Shown: piece by piece, positions 7,314 to 13,041 of the stretch
Numbering within the stretch: the stretch's first letter is position 1
Layout: each line of letters opens with the position of its first letter
Assembly: GCA_049969675.1 (NCBI GenBank)
Contig: JBMFOP010000084.1
Span: 1 to 13,041 of the forward strand
Origin: Myxococcota bacterium
GTDB lineage: Bacteria > Myxococcota > SpSt-1050
Direction of reading: 5' to 3'
DNA: 13,041 bases
Translations under genes and position numbers: made by a program
The notes under the pieces: generated by a model
Told to the model about the DNA's origin: nothing
Database searches by the model: none
The model's input: only the letters and a program-made list of their open reading frames with translations

Positions 7314-7922
7314 ATGAGAGTTATATATATCATATTACTTTTGCTTATTCCGGTTGAGATAATGGCGACGCACAGTGGGGGGAATCAGGATGTACATATC
7401 AACTGGTTTTCTATAGATACTGAGAGTCCACCGGTGGGCTGGTATATTATAAATTTTGTAATATTCTTTGGCGGTCTTATTTATCTATTGAGGAATAGGC
7501 TCAATCAATTCTTTGTAGCGCGCTATGAGACGATGAAGCGTCAGATGGATGAATCTATAAAGTTGAGAGATGAGGCACTTGCAAAACTAAAAGAGATTGA
7601 AGATAAAATCAACAGGATTTCATATTATCAGTCAGCGATAAAAGAAGAGTATATTGATATGGCAAAGAAGGAGAAGGAGGATATCCTGAATCATGCCCGT
7701 AGAACAGCACAGTCGCTGATAAATGCCGCAGAACAGACCATCCTATTTGAAAAGGCTGAACTTAAGAAGGAGTTAATAAAACAGATTCTTAAGAGTGCCA
7801 CAGAGAAGTCATTGAGCATAATTTTATCAAAGTATTCACCTGAGAGAGATAGAGAGATAGTTGAGGAGTTTGTAAATTCTCTCGGCTCTGTCAACAGAAA
7901 ACATTTTGGGTATCTGATATGA
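7314..7922 (+). CDS. atpF: F0F1 ATP synthase subunit b with N-terminal signal-like extension
   Basis: WYIINFVIFFGGLIYLL TM helix, FF..R...+ motif, coiled coil. SD GAGGA. Its stop overlaps the atpH start (ATGA). Confidence 0.88.
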   Translation: MRVIYIILLLLIPVEIMATHSGGNQDVHINWFSIDTESPPVGWYIINFVIFFGGLIYLLRNRLNQFFVARYETMKRQMDESIKLRDEALAKLKEIEDKINRISYYQSAIKEEYIDMAKKEKEDILNHARRTAQSLINAAEQTILFEKAELKKELIKQILKSATEKSLSIILSKYSPERDREIVEEFVNSLGSVNRKHFGYLI

Positions 7923-8458
7923 TTAGAAAAAGTATCGCAAGGACATATGCGAGGGCTTTAATTAAGAGTGCATCAACTGATGCTGAACTTAAAGACTTTA
8001 GAAATCAATTAAAAGAGGTATCTGATATTATATCTTCTTCTCCAGATCTGGAGGAGATGTTATCAAAGCCGATTTTGAGTGTTGAGAAGAGGAGAAGCCT
8101 TCTTGATAATATTATTAGTAGAATAAATTGTCACAGAATTGTAAGTAATCTATGTATGGCAATGCTCGCCAACTATCGTCTTAATCATCTCGGGTCGGTA
8201 ATACAGATTATAGATGAGGAGATTGACCGCAAAGAGGGCATTATAAGGGGCGAATTTATAACTGCAAATAAGGTAGATGAATCTCTCATCAGGAAGGCAG
8301 AGGGTGAGCTCTCAAAGATATTAAATAGAAAGATTATTTTGAGCCCTGTAATTCAGAAAGAGATTATAGGTGGGGCGATTATAAGAATAGGTTCGGTGGA
8401 GATAGATGGCTCTATCCTGAGAAGGATTAATTCAATTGAAAACATCAATATTTTTTAA
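7919..8458 (+). CDS. atpH: F0F1 ATP synthase subunit delta
   Basis: IARTYARAL N-terminus and EIIGGAIIRIGSVEIDGSI C-terminus (OSCP/delta signature). Position between atpF and atpA. Confidence 0.95.
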   Translation: MIRKSIARTYARALIKSASTDAELKDFRNQLKEVSDIISSSPDLEEMLSKPILSVEKRRSLLDNIISRINCHRIVSNLCMAMLANYRLNHLGSVIQIIDEEIDRKEGIIRGEFITANKVDESLIRKAEGELSKILNRKIILSPVIQKEIIGGAIIRIGSVEIDGSILRRINSIENINIF

Positions 8459-8474
8459 GAAGAGGTAAGGTATT

Positions 8475-10001
8475 ATGAAGATTTCTTCGCAAGAGATAAG
8501 TGAAATCATAAAGAGTTATATCTCTGAGGCAGATAAGAGTATAGACCTCAAGGAGACGGGTACCGTAATCTCTGCGGGGGATGGTATTGCAAGAGTATAT
8601 GGACTTGAAAACGCTATGGCTGGTGAGCTGGTGGAGTTTGAGGGAAATATTATGGGGATGGTCCTGAATCTGGAAGAGGATACTGTGGGTATCTCTATTA
8701 TGGGAGATGATAAAGAGATAAGGGAAGGACACAAGGTCAAGAGGACCGGAAGGATCGCAGATGTGCCGGTGGGAGAGGCGGTGATCGGAAGAGTTCTGGA
8801 TGCACTCGGGAGGCCGTTGGATGGGAAGGGCCCTATTGTTGCAAAGGAGAGAAGGAATATTGAAATCAAGGCGCCGGGAATCGTCTATAGACAGCCTGTT
8901 AAGGAACCACTTCAGACTGGTATTCTGGCAGTGGATTCAATGATTCCAATTGGGAGAGGACAGAGAGAGCTGATTATTGGAGATAGACAGACGGGTAAAA
9001 CCGCAATTGCAATTGATACAATTATCAATCAGAAAGGACAGAATGTATATTGTTTCTATGTAGCAATTGGACAGAAACAGTCTACGGTGGCTCAGGTGGT
9101 GGATAAACTTACACAATTTGGTGCTATGGAATATACCACAGTTATATGTGCAAATGCATCAGACCCGGCACCACTTCAGTTTATTGCCCCGTATTCTGGC
9201 TGCACAATGGGAGAGTATTTTAGAGATAGTGGGAGGCATGCACTCCTGATTTATGATGATTTATCAAAACACGCTGTGGCATATAGGCAGCTCTCACTTC
9301 TACTCAGGAGGCCACCGGGGCGTGAGGCATATCCCGGCGATGTCTTCTATCTACATTCCAGACTTCTTGAAAGAGCTGCAAAGATGTCGGATAAATATGG
9401 AGGAGGTTCTCTCACAGCACTCCCCATTATTGAGACACAGGCTGGAGATGTCTCTGCATACATCCCGACAAATGTTATTTCAATTACTGATGGTCAGATA
9501 TATCTGGAGACTGACCTCTTTTACGCTGGTGTCAGACCAGCCATTAATCCCGGTATCTCAGTCTCCCGTGTAGGTGGAAATGCCCAGACAAAGGCTATGA
9601 AACAGGTGGCTGGTAAACTCAGACTTGATTTGATGCAGTACAGGTCGCTTGCTGCATTTGCACAGTTTGGTTCTGATCTTGATAAGATTACTCAGGAACA
9701 GCTTGAAAATGGTAAGCGAATTGTAGAACTCTTAAAGCAGGATATCTATAAACCATATTCAATGGAGAAACAGGTTGTCATTATCTTTGCAGCAACAGAA
9801 AAGGATGAGAGCGGCAAGAGCTATATCAGAGATTATCCAGTTGAATCTATCAGAAGGTATGTTCAGGAGTTGGTGAGCTTTATGGATACAAAACATCCTG
9901 AGATTCTTAAGAGAATAGCGGAGAAGAAAGAACTGGATGACGACCTGAAAAAAGAGATTGTAAAGGCATTGAAGGAATTTAAGGATATCTTTAGACCATA
10001 A
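8475..10001 (+). CDS. atpA: F0F1 ATP synthase subunit alpha
   Basis: [27 protein letters not shown] (Walker A), [34 protein letters not shown]. Confidence 0.99.
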   Translation: MKISSQEISEIIKSYISEADKSIDLKETGTVISAGDGIARVYGLENAMAGELVEFEGNIMGMVLNLEEDTVGISIMGDDKEIREGHKVKRTGRIADVPVGEAVIGRVLDALGRPLDGKGPIVAKERRNIEIKAPGIVYRQPVKEPLQTGILAVDSMIPIGRGQRELIIGDRQTGKTAIAIDTIINQKGQNVYCFYVAIGQKQSTVAQVVDKLTQFGAMEYTTVICANASDPAPLQFIAPYSGCTMGEYFRDSGRHALLIYDDLSKHAVAYRQLSLLLRRPPGREAYPGDVFYLHSRLLERAAKMSDKYGGGSLTALPIIETQAGDVSAYIPTNVISITDGQIYLETDLFYAGVRPAINPGISVSRVGGNAQTKAMKQVAGKLRLDLMQYRSLAAFAQFGSDLDKITQEQLENGKRIVELLKQDIYKPYSMEKQVVIIFAATEKDESGKSYIRDYPVESIRRYVQELVSFMDTKHPEILKRIAEKKELDDDLKKEIVKALKEFKDIFRP

Positions 10002-10014
10002 GCAGGTATAAACT

Positions 10015-12324
<2,310 letters not shown>

Positions 12325-12325
<1 letters not shown>

Positions 12326-12756
12326 TGAGTGAAAAAAAGAATTTTATAAAACTCATAATCGTTACACCAGAAGAGTCTGTTATTCACAGTGAGGTACAAA
12401 GTATTATCCTGCCCGGCAAAAATGGTTATTTTGAGGTTTTAAGTGGACATACACCATTTCTTACTCAACTGATTCCCGGTATCGCAATTATTAAAGATGA
12501 AAATGGGATTAAGGAGTTGTGTATATCAGACGGGTATGCGAGTGTGCACGACGATATGGTGGATGTTATAGTGGATGCCACCGAATGGCCGGATGAGATA
12601 GATGAGCAAAGGGCCATAAGACTTAAGGAGGAGGCTACAAAGAGGCTTTCGGAGCTTGCCCGGTTTGACCCTGAATATAATAAATGGGAGAACAGACTTA
12701 AAAAGGCAGAATCAAGGCTTGAGCTATTATCTCGTTTTAGGGGCAGAACCTCTTAA
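12325..12756 (+). CDS. atpC: F0F1 ATP synthase subunit epsilon
   Basis: LIIVTPE, LPGKNGYFEVLSGHTPFLT, EIDEQRA helical hairpin. TAATG overlap with the atpD stop. Confidence 0.96.
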
Positions 12757-12762
12757 TTTTTG

Positions 12763-13041
12763 ATGCGTCTCTTCTTAACACTTCTGATATTATCTACATT
12801 CTTCTTTAGTGGATGTCATAAAAAGCAGGAACCGATAAAGGCAGAATATAACAGGCCTAAAACACTTGCGGAGTACGATACAATAAGAAAGGAAATTTAT
12901 AAAGAGCCAATTGGGCCAGAGACAGACCAGCTAAAATTTTTTGGAAAGATAAATGAAGGAGAGACACTCTCGGTTGCACTCTATAATACAGGAATAGATT
13001 ATAAGATTGCAGAGCAGATAATAATGAATTTAAAAGGGGTG
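12763..13041 (+). CDS. Lipoprotein, probable N-terminus of an M23-family (MepM/Csd3-like) peptidase; 3'-truncated by the window edge
   Basis: Not in the ORF track because it has no stop. My translation: MRLFLTLLILSTFFFSG-C18-HKKQEP...FFGKINEGETLSVALYNTGIDYKIAEQIIMNLKGV. The lipobox is clear. G(E/D)TLS..L...G+ resembles the LysM-like N-domain of M23 peptidases. The catalytic domain is not visible. Confidence 0.6.
   Translation, partial: MRLFLTLLILSTFFFSGCHKKQEPIKAEYNRPKTLAEYDTIRKEIYKEPIGPETDQLKFFGKINEGETLSVALYNTGIDYKIAEQIIMNLKGV

Noticed and set aside
8560..8900. Locally higher G+C in the atpA 5' region as a sign of horizontal transfer
   Set aside because: Explained by Gly/Val/Arg/Ala-rich conserved sequence; no mobility genes or boundary repeats.

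Overview
AT-rich bacterial chromosomal window that is mostly housekeeping. The right half is a split-type F1Fo ATP synthase operon (b', b, delta, alpha, gamma, beta, epsilon; no a/c subunits here), followed directly by the truncated start of a lipoprotein that resembles an M23 peptidase. The left half is accessory. It holds the 3' part of a HEAT-repeat protein, a DUF2752 membrane protein, a YVTN beta-propeller/phosphoesterase lipoprotein, yjbQ, a non-catalytic multidomain lipoprotein (lamin-tail, PPC-like, Ig-like and Cys-containing domains) and a collapsed PAS...receiver hybrid-kinase remnant. The operon layout, a signal-like extension on subunit b and an insertion in alpha suggest a deltaproteobacterial (possibly Myxococcota-related) lineage with unusually low GC; this is inference. 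I found no rRNA, tRNA, CRISPR array or intact mobile element, and no clearly new multi-gene system. The best leads are the surface lipoproteins with shared acidic tethers and the kinase remnant.
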